Source of the DNA: Mobula birostris
Taxonomy: Eukaryota
Length of the DNA stretch: 64,000 nucleotides
Reading direction: 5' to 3'
Assembly (NCBI RefSeq): GCF_030028105.1
Contig: NC_092371.1
Span: 150,918,490-150,982,489, forward strand
Part shown: positions 24,314 to 36,015 of the stretch, in pieces
Layout: each line of letters starts with the position of its first letter
Position numbering within the stretch: the first letter of the stretch is position 1
The notes under the pieces: model-generated
Seen by the model: the letters and a program-made list of their open reading frames with translations, nothing else
What the model was told of the DNA's origin: nothing
Databases searched by the model: none
Position numbers and translations under genes: made by a program

Positions 24314-25027
24314 ATTGATTGATTGAGATTTCAGGTGAGTTGATGCCATCAATCTTCTCATCGTCCTCTGAAATCCTATACAAGTCACTGACTGTGACTT
24401 TAACCAGGGGGACCGGTCTTCTGTGGTGGAGCTATCACCCAGGTGAGGGTGGACACATAGACAACTCCCCACCAGTCAACCCCTTCTCCTTCAAACTGGA
24501 ATAGCAATTTGGATCGATCCGCCTGATCGATCCTCCGAAACCCACTTTCTCTGCGGGCACAACAATGCTCATTCAGTGTCCAGATCATGTGTCCTGTGTC
24601 CTGAGGTCTGTATCATCTCACCTCCCATTTATTTCACCAGGCTGAGCATCATCTGTCATTCAAAGAGTCCCTCCCTCCTTTGTCTGTAGAGGAGTGCACA
24701 AGCAGGCAACCTGTCCTTGGAAGTAACATCAATAACCAGCTGAAAATCATAACATCGAGTGTCCATTAATTAACACTGCCTTCGGTCACCATAGCAACCT
24801 TCGAGCTGCTCGGTGCTGTCTCCAACTCCAAACTCAGTAAAAATCCAAATTTCTTCCAATGCCTTAAAGTGACAATCCACTGTTAATCTTCGTCTCTCTC
24901 TCTCTCTTTTCCAAAAGCAACATATTGGTGGTGAATAAGTCTGTCTCTCTCTCCTTTCCAAACAAACCTTCAATGATAAATGTCTCTCTCCAAACAGTTA
25001 ATAGGGGCACTCCTGGATCTCCTCACA
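24016..25027 (-). repeat. 3' LTR of the Gmr1-type element
   Basis: TGTCAC...CTCACA, direct repeat of 28935-29924. The polypurine tract (gaggaaggggag on minus) is adjacent at 25028-25039. Confidence 0.92.
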
Positions 25028-25186
25028 CTCCCCTTCCTCAGGGAAAAAAAAATCGTCAAAGACGATTTTTTTTAAATGTCCATCACAGGGTTTTAAACCA
25101 TACAGGGAAAAAAGCATCAGATGACAAAGCAAAAATGGTTACACTTTTCATCTTAACATCGGGATAACTAATCAGCTATAACATTG

Positions 25187-26347
25187 TCAGTACCTTTCAC
25201 ATGTTTGATTTTTTAAGTCACCTTCCTGCAATACTAGACTCCAATTTAACAACCTTCTATTCTTATCCTTCATTTTATTTAGAAACACCAACAGATTGTA
25301 ACCCATGTAAACCACAAGTGGTCTCTGAGCAACAGAAAGGTTTTGAGGTCTCTGATCATAGGCCTCAAAATATTGTAAAGCCAGAATAAGTGCTAGCAAT
25401 TCCTTTTCAACAGTTGAATAATTTTTCTGGTGTACATTAAAGTTCTTTGAGAAATAAGCTACTGGATATTCAATGTCATCCACTCCCTTCTGTATCAGTA
25501 CTGCCCCAGCAGCTTCGTCGCTAACACCGGTTGTTATAGAAAGTGGCTTTGGAAAGTCAGGTGCTTTGAGCACAGGATGATAACACAGGATAGTTTTCAA
25601 ATGTTCAAACGCCTCCTGGTGAAGGTCACTCCATGCAAACCTTTCACTCTTCCCTAGGAGCTTTGTTAGGGGGAGAGCGATGTCAGCAAAGTTCTTCCAT
25701 AATTTTCTATAATACCCAACCATTCCTAAAACCCTTCTTAAATCTTTCTTGTCAGTCAGAACAGGAACTTCAGCAATAGCTTGAGTCTTGGCCTGTACAG
25801 GAGCCAGCTGGCCTTGGCCCACCACATAACCCAGATATGTAACTATGGCATGGCCAAACTCACTTTTAGCGAGGTTCACAGTAAGATTGGCCTTGAAAGG
25901 TTTGGCAAACCGTTTCTCTACAGTTGCAGTATGTTCTTCCCAAGTGTCATTCCAGATCACTAAGTCATTGATATGAACCCCTGTGCTTTGTAATCCTCCA
26001 ATCACAGAATTGATTATTCTTTGAAATGTTCCTACAGCATTCTTCATCCCGAAGTGTAAAACATTGTATTCATAAAGTCTGGATGGTGTCACAAATGTTG
26101 ATATCTCTTTAACTCTCTCTGTTAAAGGAACACACCAGTATCCTTTTAACAAGTCAATCTTAATAAGGTATTTAGCCTTCCCCACTCTATCAATACAGTC
26201 ATCCATTCTCTTTCTTCGTTCTTTCTTGTTTCTAATTTCTTCTTCAACCATTTTACTTTCCTCAAAGTTCACTCTGTGAAGATGCCATTTCATAGGCTGG
26301 ACTAAATTCATAATGATGTCATTCACTGCAGCTGTGCACCCTTTCAA
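25187..26347 (-). pseudogene. Gypsy-type reverse transcriptase/RNase H (catalytically degenerate)
   Basis: MDDCIDRVGKAKYLIKIDLLKGYW, FGMKNA, HIND in place of YxDD, YLGY, LGMVGYYRK, YPVAYFSK and NYSTVEKELLA. Confidence 0.9.
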
Positions 26348-26368
26348 AACACCAATTAGTCCTTTTAT

Positions 26369-27310
26369 TTATTTTTTCGGCTTTGGGTCCAACTGATGGA
26401 CCTTATCAATAATATTTTTCAAAACAATGGACTTCTGACATCTTGGTGAGTCTAGATTCAGTGAGAAAACATGTTTTTCCATTCCATTATCAGATTTCAC
26501 TACTCCATTTTGTACTCCAATAATTCTCACAGCTGCAATTACAGTAAACAAGTGTTTTATTTTGACTCGACCATTTTGTAAACTTTCCTTAGCAAAGTCA
26601 CAAAGCTTACTAAATCCCTTCCAAAGTTCTCTGAGTAGGGTCAAAGGTCCTTTTGGCCTGTAACTGAACACAGGTTCCAACAAACTACCCTTCACTGCCT
26701 TCTGAATCGAATCTCCAACAATAAATAAGAAGAGGGGAACCCCCTCGTTCCTATTTTCCTCATTTCTCACACAATGTGCTTTAATCATGGTCTTAAGAGT
26801 TGAGTTGAGCCATTCCAAGGCTCCCTTGGTCTCTGTGTGATATGTAAATGACACCATGTGTTTAGCTTCTAATTCTCTAGCTATCCCCTGGAATGTTCTC
26901 GAAGTAAAGTTATTACCCTGGTCAAAATGAATTTCTTTGGGCATACCTACCAGTGTGCAAAACTTACTGTATGCTGTTACCACAGTCTTGGTCTCAATGT
27001 TTTCAAAAGACTCTGCTTCAGGGGACCTAGACACAGCACACACAATTTTTAACACATACTGATAACCAGCCACAGTCTTTTGCCATGGGCCCACACAATT
27101 CACTACATCATTCCTTAAACTAGGCCAGTAAAATTCCTTCACAATCCTATTCACTGTCTCTCTCACTCCATGATGTCCACTTAAAGGCATACTGTAAGCC
27201 ATGTTTAAATTTTCAGCCTTGTAACCTTTCAAAACCACCATGTGACTTGCAGGCACTGTGGCTGGTCTCCACTTCCTCATCAACACCCCATCTTTAAGGT
27301 AACATCCCAC
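26369..27310 (-). pseudogene. Retrotransposon integrase (degenerate), upstream of RT
   Basis: GVLMRKWRP, SGHHGVRET..FYWP, CVGP, PEA, PKEIHFDQGNNFTS and YHTETKGALE. Confidence 0.88.
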
Positions 27311-28195
27311 TGACTCTCTCCGAACCTCCTCTCATGTGAGAGCCATCTCCCTTAAAGCCACCATTCCAGAATCTCACTTCTGTTCCTCGATACATTCCTT
27401 TCTCAACAAAGACAAATTTTTCTTATACACCCTACCCTTATCAGCTGTACTACCCTCTAAGTCCTGCTGAAATCTGGAAGGTAGAAAAGTCTCTGACACA
27501 TCATAATAATTTAAACCTCTGGTCTTGCTATTGCAGGTCCCAGTAGCAGCTTTGCTCATCAGCTGAATTGCTGAAACACTCTTATCCTGGAGAGCTGTCA
27601 ACATGCCTCCATTGTTTACCAAATTCTGCATCATCATCAGGCTGATGAGAATATGAAAGGGGCCAAACAACCTCTTTATCAACTTTCTCCGACCCTCACT
27701 ACGCCTTGCTTACATCACAGAACACTGAATAACAGTATGACCTTGCAGGTGCTCAAATGTCCAAATAAAATTCAACAAACTAGCACATCCTGTCTCAGCG
27801 GGCCTTTGTCCTGCGAGCAGGATCAAAGGTCGTGCAACCAATCCAAACTTTTCCATCACTTTATCCAAAAGTCTAGGAACAGCACTTTTCCCATCACTTC
27901 CAGCAACATTGACCTCAACAGGTTCTAAAACACGGTATACTACAAATGACTGCGAATCCTCACATTCCACTGATACCAAGGTTAACCCCTTACTCCCTGA
28001 ACCAAGATCATCTGACACACAAAAACTGCATTCCCTTTCAACCAAGTCAGGCACCTCAGACCTTAACTGAGCTTCAACACGAGGTTCAGAATCCTGTGAA
28101 CTCACAGGTACTTCAACAACCTGAACACAGGCAATCGGGACAGCTGCCTCTTCTGGGCTGTCATCACTTGTCCCAGTTTCAAATTCAAGGTCATC

Positions 28196-28744
28196 TCAAA
28201 CCTCCCAGCTATTCTCTAGCAAACTCCTTTCTGGAGTAAACTCAACCTCATGGGTTAAAACTTCTTCGTCTGCCTTCTCAACAGACCCCTTCAGGGTAGG
28301 GGCATCCTCTGCCACAGGATATGCCCCAACCTCATCAGGAACACAACTTTTAAATTCATCACACAAAACAAGCCCTTCCGAGCTGTAAAAATCATCAGGG
28401 TCCGACACCAAACCTCTTTGCTGCAACCTCTCCCTTTTAAATTGTCTCTGCCTTTCTGCCATGTGACCTTCACGTTGCCATTTCTCCCTCTCGAGCTGTC
28501 TCTGTCTTTCTGCCTCTTCTCTCTGTTTCTCTGCCTCTCTGGCTTCTCTCTTGAGCTGTTTTAATTTCAGATCATGCTCCCTCCTTAATATTTCCAACAG
28601 AAACTGAAGCTCATCCTCAGTAGGTTCACCTTCCTCGAACAACTCTAACGCCTCCTCATCAAATGTTCCCTTATCTATATAATATTCAACTATCTTCCTT
28701 TGAATTTCTACCTTACTCACACCCTTCTTTAGCTCAATTCTCAA
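28196..28744 (-). pseudogene. Gag remnant of the Gmr1-type element
   Basis: First ORF after the PBS, with an E/R/K coiled-coil and LCDEFKSCVPDEV..KADE capsid-like motif. Confidence 0.7.
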
Positions 28745-28910
28745 TTGTTAGCAATGTCCCGCAACTCATACTTTTTAGCAAACTTCAAAGTCACCGGGTC
28801 TGGTGATTTCAGAAAGTCTCTGACACCCATTTCTGCTGTTTTTCCACACAACCAAATCAAAGGAATTTTTCCCCAATCAATTAAACCAGCCTCCCGACCA
28901 ATTTGTTCAT

Positions 28911-28929
28911 ATCGCGGACGCAGGCCCCA
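28911..28929 (-). promoter_or_regulatory. Primer binding site, degenerate tRNA-Pro-like
   Basis: tggggcctgcgtccgcgat, 5 nt inside the 5' LTR. Compare TGGGGGCTCGTCCGGGAT. Confidence 0.65.
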
Positions 28930-28934
28930 ATTTA

Positions 28935-29924
28935 TGTCACGTACCCCGTGACGGGGGTTAAGAAACCAGCAGAGATGGAAAACACTTTGGAGTCTTGTAT
29001 TGCTATAAACTGCTGATATTTATTAATAACTACGCAATACAGTAATATAAATGTAAATAGATCAAACAGGTTAGCAATGATTATATATAAAAGTAAGTGT
29101 GGAATATATATATGTATGAAAAAACCAAGCTTCTTTAAGTCTAGTGGTAAAAAGATACAGTCTTACGATGTTGAGTAAAGTTCAGTTCAGTTCGTGGTAT
29201 TTAGTTGAGTAGTGATGGAGAGAGAGAGAGAGAGTGAGTTGAGTCTTCAGGTGAGCTAATGTCACCGATCTTCTCGTCGTCCTCCGAAATCCTTAACAAG
29301 TCACTGACTGTGACTTTAACCGGGGGACCGGTCTTCTGTGGTGGAGCTATCACCCAGGCGAGGGTGGACACATAGATAACTCCCCACCAGTCAACCCCTT
29401 CTTCACCGATGGAATAGCAATTTGGATCAATCTGCCTGGTCGATCCTCCGAAACCCACTTTCTCTGCAGGCACGACTATGCTCATTCAGTGTCCAGATCA
29501 TGTATCCTGAGGTCTGTATCATCTGACCTCCCATTTATTTCACCAGGCTGAGCATCAGCTGTCAGTCAAAGAGTCCCTCCCTCCTTTGTCTGTAAAGGAG
29601 AGCACAAGCAGGCAACCTGTCCTTGGAAGTAACATCAACAACCAGCTGAAAATCATAACATCGAGTGTCCACCGCCTTCGGTCACCATAGCAACCTTCGA
29701 GCTGCTCGGTGCTGTCTCCAACTCCAAACTCAGTAAAAATCCAAATTTAACTTCCAATGTCTTGAAGTGACAGTCCAACTGTTAATCTTCATCTCTCTCT
29801 CTCTCTTTTCCAAAAGCAACATATTGGTGGTAAATAACTGTCTCTCTCTCCTTTCCAAACAAACCATCAATGATAAATGTCTCTTTCCAAACAGTTAATA
29901 GGGGCACTCCAGGATCCCCTCACA
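28935..29924 (-). repeat. 5' LTR of the Gmr1-type element
   Basis: TGTCAC...CTCACA, direct repeat of 24016-25027. Confidence 0.92.
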
Positions 29925-29944
29925 TACTCAACAAATCCATACTC

Positions 29945-30227
29945 CATTGGTTGCAGGAGCATTTCAATGATGGGGCAAGTGCAGTTATCCCCTTTGGTTT
30001 AAGAGCCTGACGGTTTAGGGCTAATAACTGTTCCTGAGCCTGGTGGTGTGAATCCTATCCTGAGTTTGCTGGACTTTCTTCCTGACGGCAGCAGTGAGAA
30101 GGGCTCATGTCCTGTGTGGTAGGGGTCCCTGATGATGAACACGGCTTTCCTGTGACATAATTTCATGTAGATGTGCTCAATGGTTCGGAGAGCTTTGCCC
30201 ATGATGGACTGGGCTGTATCCACTACT
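29945..30227 (-). mobile_element. Rex1-like LINE 3' fragment
   Basis: DTAQSIMGKALRTIEHIY..IIRDPYHTGHEPFSLLPSGRK. Confidence 0.65.
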
Positions 30228-31636
30228 TAAAGAAAGGTGCAATAGAGCTAGTAGAATATAAAACAGGGCAGCAGGATACAATGTAACTGATGGATGAATA
30301 TGAAATCTGTGATTTCAGCAAGTAAAGAAAATAGATCATGATGCAATTAAGGGAACATATTTAACAGAATTTACTACAAGGCTTAAGAAAATCTGCCAAA
30401 CAGAGTTCAATGGTAAAAACATAACAAAGGCAATAAACACTTCTGCTATACACATATCAATATATCCTTTTTGCATAATAATTTGTCCAAAACTGATCTG
30501 GAAAATTTACAAAGAAAAATAAGAACTGAAATGACAAATTTTAGAACACACTGTATACTAGAACACATAGATTAACACTACCTTGGACAGAAGGAGGAAG
30601 AGGAGTAACAGACATAACACATTTCCACAATAGTGAGATGAAACTTCTGAGGATATATTTCCATCAACAAACAAAGAATTCAGCTCTTTACATGAGCATA
30701 CACAATTCTGATAAGAAGAACATGTCACTATACTTAAATGAAAGCACAACCCAGAAAAATGAAGAAATTGTCACTACAGAAGAAAAATTTAACCAATTCA
30801 AGAGCATGGCCCTCCAAGGAAGATGATCTAAGCAGACTAGATGTTGACAAGGAAGTGGCTCGGAGTTGGAGACCTCTTCCCAGATACAGTGGGATTCCCT
30901 GTGTCAATACAAGACTAGGTGGTTAACACAAAATATATTGTCAAAATACATAATAAAAGACTCACAAATTCAAGATGACAAATGTAGAAAATGCCAAAAG
31001 AAACCAGTAACAATCCAACACATTACAAGATCCTGCAACAGTTTAACTCAATCTGATTACTTACAGAGTCACAGTCAAGTGGCAAAACCATTCACCAAAA
31101 CCTTGCTTTAAAATACAAACTCATGGAAGACACAATATATTACTGATTCAACTGGAACAAGCCTGATCCAGTTTTAGAGCGAGAGTCCTGCACATTATAT
31201 TTTGACTGATACATTATTATAGATAGGACAATCTATAATAACCAGCCAGATATAATATTACAGGACAAACTAGCAAGAACAACTTATTTAATAGATATAG
31301 CCATTCTAAACACCGATAACACACAAAAATAAGTGAGTGAAAAACACCAGAATTCTGCTGATTTAAAAGAGGGAATTGAAAGACTATGGAACATGAACAG
31401 GGTTTACATTGTCCCAAAAGTAATATCTGCAAGTAATGTCATTCCAAAGTCACTACACAATAGCATTAAGCAATTAGGCCTACACAGCAATATTTATATG
31501 TCTCCAGATAGCTACAATACTAAACACCACTATAATAGTCTGAAAGTTCCTAGTAATTGAGAAATAAGTGAGCTTGGCTATGCCGTTACCTCAGATTTTA
31601 CCAGCTTCAGCTGAGAAAAAATAAATAATAATAATA
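30228..31636 (+). mobile_element. R4/Dong-clade non-LTR retrotransposon, 5'-truncated (restriction-like endonuclease)
   Basis: KAINT, LPWTEGGRG, CRKC..TIQHITRSC zinc knuckle, QPDIILQDK..YLIDIAI (PD-D/ExK) and (TAA)n-like tail. Confidence 0.8.
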
Positions 31637-33711
31637 TCAGGATCTGTAATTTCAATTAGAATTAATGGCCGGCAGCAAGCTTTCTGTGTTCTTTTATAAG
31701 CTGAATTTTGAGTGTGTCTCCCATAGTTGCAAGTCCTGGATTCAGATTTATTATCGCAGTAGAAATGTTTCAGAATAATTCAGCATAAGCCTAGACAGAG
31801 TGAAATGGAATTCCAGAAGTGATGTTTGATGCAGAGAAGTTAGTAAATCAAATGCCTTGTGCAAACAACAGAGGACAAACTACTCTGATGTTGTTTTGTG
31901 GACACTGACACAACTGAGATCCTCGAGAAATTTGTAGTTGTGTCCCCGAACCCAGCCATTGAACATTTTTATGTCTACAGAGCAACAGCAATAGTTTATG
32001 AGCTAATACTACTGATGTACTTAAATGTGTGTGGAAAAATGTGTTTTGTGTGTGGATTTCTAAGTATCAAATCTTGCCGCAGGCAGAGTACAGAATGTAG
32101 TAATTCAAAAGATCTGTAAATGAGTTGAAAAGCTTTAAGAAGTAAAGACAATCCACCAAGTTTAAAAATTCAATGCAAGGGCTAATGTACTTCATATCAC
32201 CATTGCTATTATCACTGAGAATATTCTGCAGCCCTTCTGCTCATAAAAATTGCAAAACATCAATGTAATAGAAATAAAAGTGTGCTTGTAGAACAAACTG
32301 TTTTTTTCCGCAATAATTCTTGTCCCTGACCTGTGAAGACAGAATGATGTAGCACTGACATTACGCTAAATGATTCTTGTTGTTAGTTTTTCATTGGGTC
32401 TTAATGATGTTTTCTGCTATTTTCTGCAGCAGGCATTATGTTGCATGGTAGTCCTCATCTGAGCTGCGGTTATTGTACGTTTTGTATTTCTGGCATGCGA
32501 AAGCAAACTCCGAAATATTAAAGATATAATATTTCTGTCCCACAACACCCACAGGAGTCAGAGCAGCACAAGGCAAAGATGTTATAGAAGACTCGTGAAC
32601 ATCAGCCTCAATTACCTCAGGGTGTGTGTAAAGGTCAATAAGCAACTAGCTGTTCATAATGGAAGAAGAATATATGAAAGGACTGGGGTTAATCAGGGAA
32701 GCTTTCAGCTGAATAAACATCAAGCTTCAGGAATACTTTAAGTCAACACACAATCCTGAGGGTATTCAGGGCAATGATACTATACAATGTCTATGTCATT
32801 TATATTTTTCTGCTGGTGCCCTGTAACTATGACTTCTATGAAATTTGTGCACAGACCCAGACTAGAGTGTTCATTAAATAGCTTCATGATTGCACTTTGT
32901 TTTTGGTCCTCCTGGTATAATGCAGCATATTGGCTGAATTACAGAATCCAGGAACTGGTAACATAGATTTTAAGGGCACACATTTGAATCCCAACATGTC
33001 ATCTGCAGATTTTGTATATGAAATTCCAATGTATAGGAACATAAAAGGCTACAGAGTGCTGGACTTGGCCATTTCTATCATGCATACATACAGCTCTCTC
33101 CACCGTTGAGGATATCTACAAAAGGTGATTTATCTGAAAGATGGCGTCCATCATCAGGGAACCCCCACTGTCCAGGTCACATGCTTTTCTCGTTGCTGTC
33201 ATCAGGCAAGAGCCTGCAGATCTATACTTCAAGGTTTGACAATAGCTTCTTCTCTATTGTTATCAGATTCTTGAACCAGCCTAAAAACCTTAATCATCTC
33301 AGATTATATTTCCTTCCACTTTCACTCATATCATATTATACTTCACTTACTGTGTTGTGTAATTTATGTATAATTTATATTAATTTACTTTCATTTAATT
33401 TATACAAAACCTAATTTTCATGGTATTTATGCCTTGAGTATATATGCTTTCAACAATAAGTTTGAACTTGAAGAGAATTAAGTTATTAAACAAATATGAA
33501 ATGAAAAATGTGTCATGGTAACCATGGAATTTCTGGATTGTTGAAAATATTCAGCTCATTCATGGTTGTTTTCAGGAAGTCAAATCTGTCACACCTACTT
33601 GGCCTGACCAGCGGGTGATTCCAAATGCACCGATATGGTAGTAGTGTATACTGAGCTGTGCAGTTTATTATGTTTGCTTGCATCGAGTTGCAATACTTAC
33701 CAGCAGTTAAT

Positions 33712-34494
33712 CAGCAGAAGTGAGGATTAGAGAAGAATAAATGTGACCACACAATCATATGGCTCAGTGTCCCTTCTATTTCATTATAACTATAGTTAAT
33801 ACCACGGCAATGAGGTAGAACTGACCTGAGCTGGGTACCGCAGATTGTCTTGTACATTGTTTTGGGATGCGTGAGTAACCACCAATGTTTATTGTAATTA
33901 AAGTTTAGATTATTCTCACTTAATAATGCATGCATTAAGAAATGACGCAATATTTTTCCAGAATGATATCACAGAAACACATGACAGACTGACTTAAAAA
34001 CTAACAAAAACCACGTAATTATAACATATAGTTACAACAGTGCAAAACAATACCGTAATTTGATAAGAACAGACCACGGCATGGTAAAAGTCTCAGAGTC
34101 TCTCGAAAGTCCCATCATCTCACGCAGACGGTGAACTTCCAGCGCTGCCAGCTTGCCGATGCAGCACACTGGAAGCATCCGACTACAGTCCGACTCAGAG
34201 CCTCCGACCAGTTCTCCGACACTAAACACCGAGCACCATCTCTGCCAAGCGCTTCGACCCTAGCCCCGGCAACAGGCAATAGGCAAAGCTGAGGATTTGG
34301 GGCCTTCGTCTCTGGAGATTCTCGATCGCGCAGCGGCAGCGAAGCAGGCATTTCAGAAGTTACTCCAGGTGTTGCTCCGTGCTTCTCACGGCTGTCTCCA
34401 TCAAATCCGGATTGTGCACAGCCCCTAGTTAACACATAATCGATATCATTCGGGACAGCTGCGCACACTGCGTCTCACCGCCATCTTCTCCTCC
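33712..34494 (-). mobile_element. Non-autonomous LINE-derived element
   Basis: Minus-strand start ggaggagaagatggcgg, CpG-rich head, AT/GT-rich tail, no coding capacity. Confidence 0.5.
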
Positions 34495-35534
34495 CTGCTT
34501 TCGTGGTAAACTAAAATTGCAGAGAAGTAAAATGCCATCTGGGCAGGGATCCAAAGAAAATTTTAATTGTTGTTTGGAATTCTTTGAATAGAGTTTATTT
34601 GCAAAATGTTATTGCAGATGAGAAAAAGGGAAATATATTCATCACTATATTGGATTTTTTAAAAGTTTTCTTACACCAAAAATATTGCTGCATTTGTCTT
34701 GGCAAAATATATTTCACATGAAAGTCAATTCTCATTGCAGTACACTTCAGAGTTCATCATTGAATCGAGGCAAAATGGTAGTTCTTGCTGACAAAAACAT
34801 TGCATTAAAACATCTAGCAAGCTCCTCTGATTTGTTGGGTTCTTAACTGAGGCCATCAGGAATAGTTTGTTCATTGTCTGTACGGATGCTCAGCATAAAC
34901 TATTGCAGTCATAAGACATTTGATTTTTAAGTCAGTACGTGTCTGTGTATTGGCTTTGGACCTCGCCTGTAAGTGTGCCAAAGAGACAGTAAGCTATTCT
35001 AACTTAACCTGAAGCACTTATCAAGAAAAATTACACTGCACCAGAAGGCAATGGAAGTGCCAAGACATGGATTGGGGCTCCTCCATCATAGCAGAGCTCT
35101 TGGATGATTGCATCAGGTAAGCTGCTAAAAAGTATGAATAACATAGGAAAGTTCAGAACATGCTGATCTTGCAGGGGACTTAATTGACACTAAAGAGAAT
35201 TCTGAACTAGAAGAAGAGTGATTTGTGTTACTAGTTGCTTTTGCAACTCAAAAGAGTAGAGACAAAATTTCTCTCTAGGAAATTCTGTGAGCATGCAGCT
35301 CGGCATTGGGACATCACTTGTCCCAAGGTACATAGACAGAGAGATGCTGTGATGTGAGAGAGCAATCACTCAGTCACCTCTTATTGTATAGAAGAAACAT
35401 AATTCGTAAGACAATCAAGTTCCATTGAGGGATAGGCACATTCATAGAATCTCATTCTGCTGAAAATTATGGACATGTGATGTTGGCATCAGAATGTATG
35501 GTGACACTTTTGGGCTGTCAATACATCCTTAGGC

Positions 35535-36015
35535 TATAGAGTCATAGAGTTATTATAGAGAAATACAGCACAGAAGCAGGCCCTTTAGCCCATCTAGAAC
35601 ATGCGTACCCCAATCGATCTGCACTGGGCCCATAGCTCTCCATATTCCTACTATCCACATACCTATCCAATCTTCTCTTAAACATTGAAATTGAGCTCAC
35701 TTGTGCTGGCTGCTCATTCCACATTCTCACAACTCTTGGAGTGAAGAAGTGTCCCCTCATATTCACTTTAAACTTCTCACCGTTCACCCTTAACCCATGT
35801 GCTCTGGTTGTGGTCCCACCCAACCTCAGTGGAAAAAGTCTGCTTGCATTTACCCTGTCTATACCCCCCATAACTTTATATACCTCTATCAATCTCCTCT
35901 CAATCTTATACATTCTAAAGTCAACAGTCCTAACCTATTCAATCTTTCATTATAACTCAGGACCTCCAGACCCAGCAACATCCTTGTAAAATTTCTCTGC
36001 ACTCTCTTAACCTTA
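35535..36015 (-). mobile_element. Old CR1 3' fragment
   Basis: LIEVYKVMGGIDRVNASRLFPLRLGGTTTRAHGLRVNGEKF. Confidence 0.85.

Larger units (their letters stand above)
24016..29924 (-). mobile_element. Full-length degenerate Gmr1-type Ty3/Gypsy LTR retrotransposon
   Basis: Two LTRs of about 1 kb, TSD tact (24012-24015, 29925-29928), PBS, PPT, and internal order gag-PR-IN-RT-RH. Confidence 0.92.

Noticed and set aside
32436-32645. Short ORFs in unique sequence (also 41363..41602 and 63140..63346)
   Set aside because: No recognisable domain or consistent splice signals, and the lengths are expected by chance.
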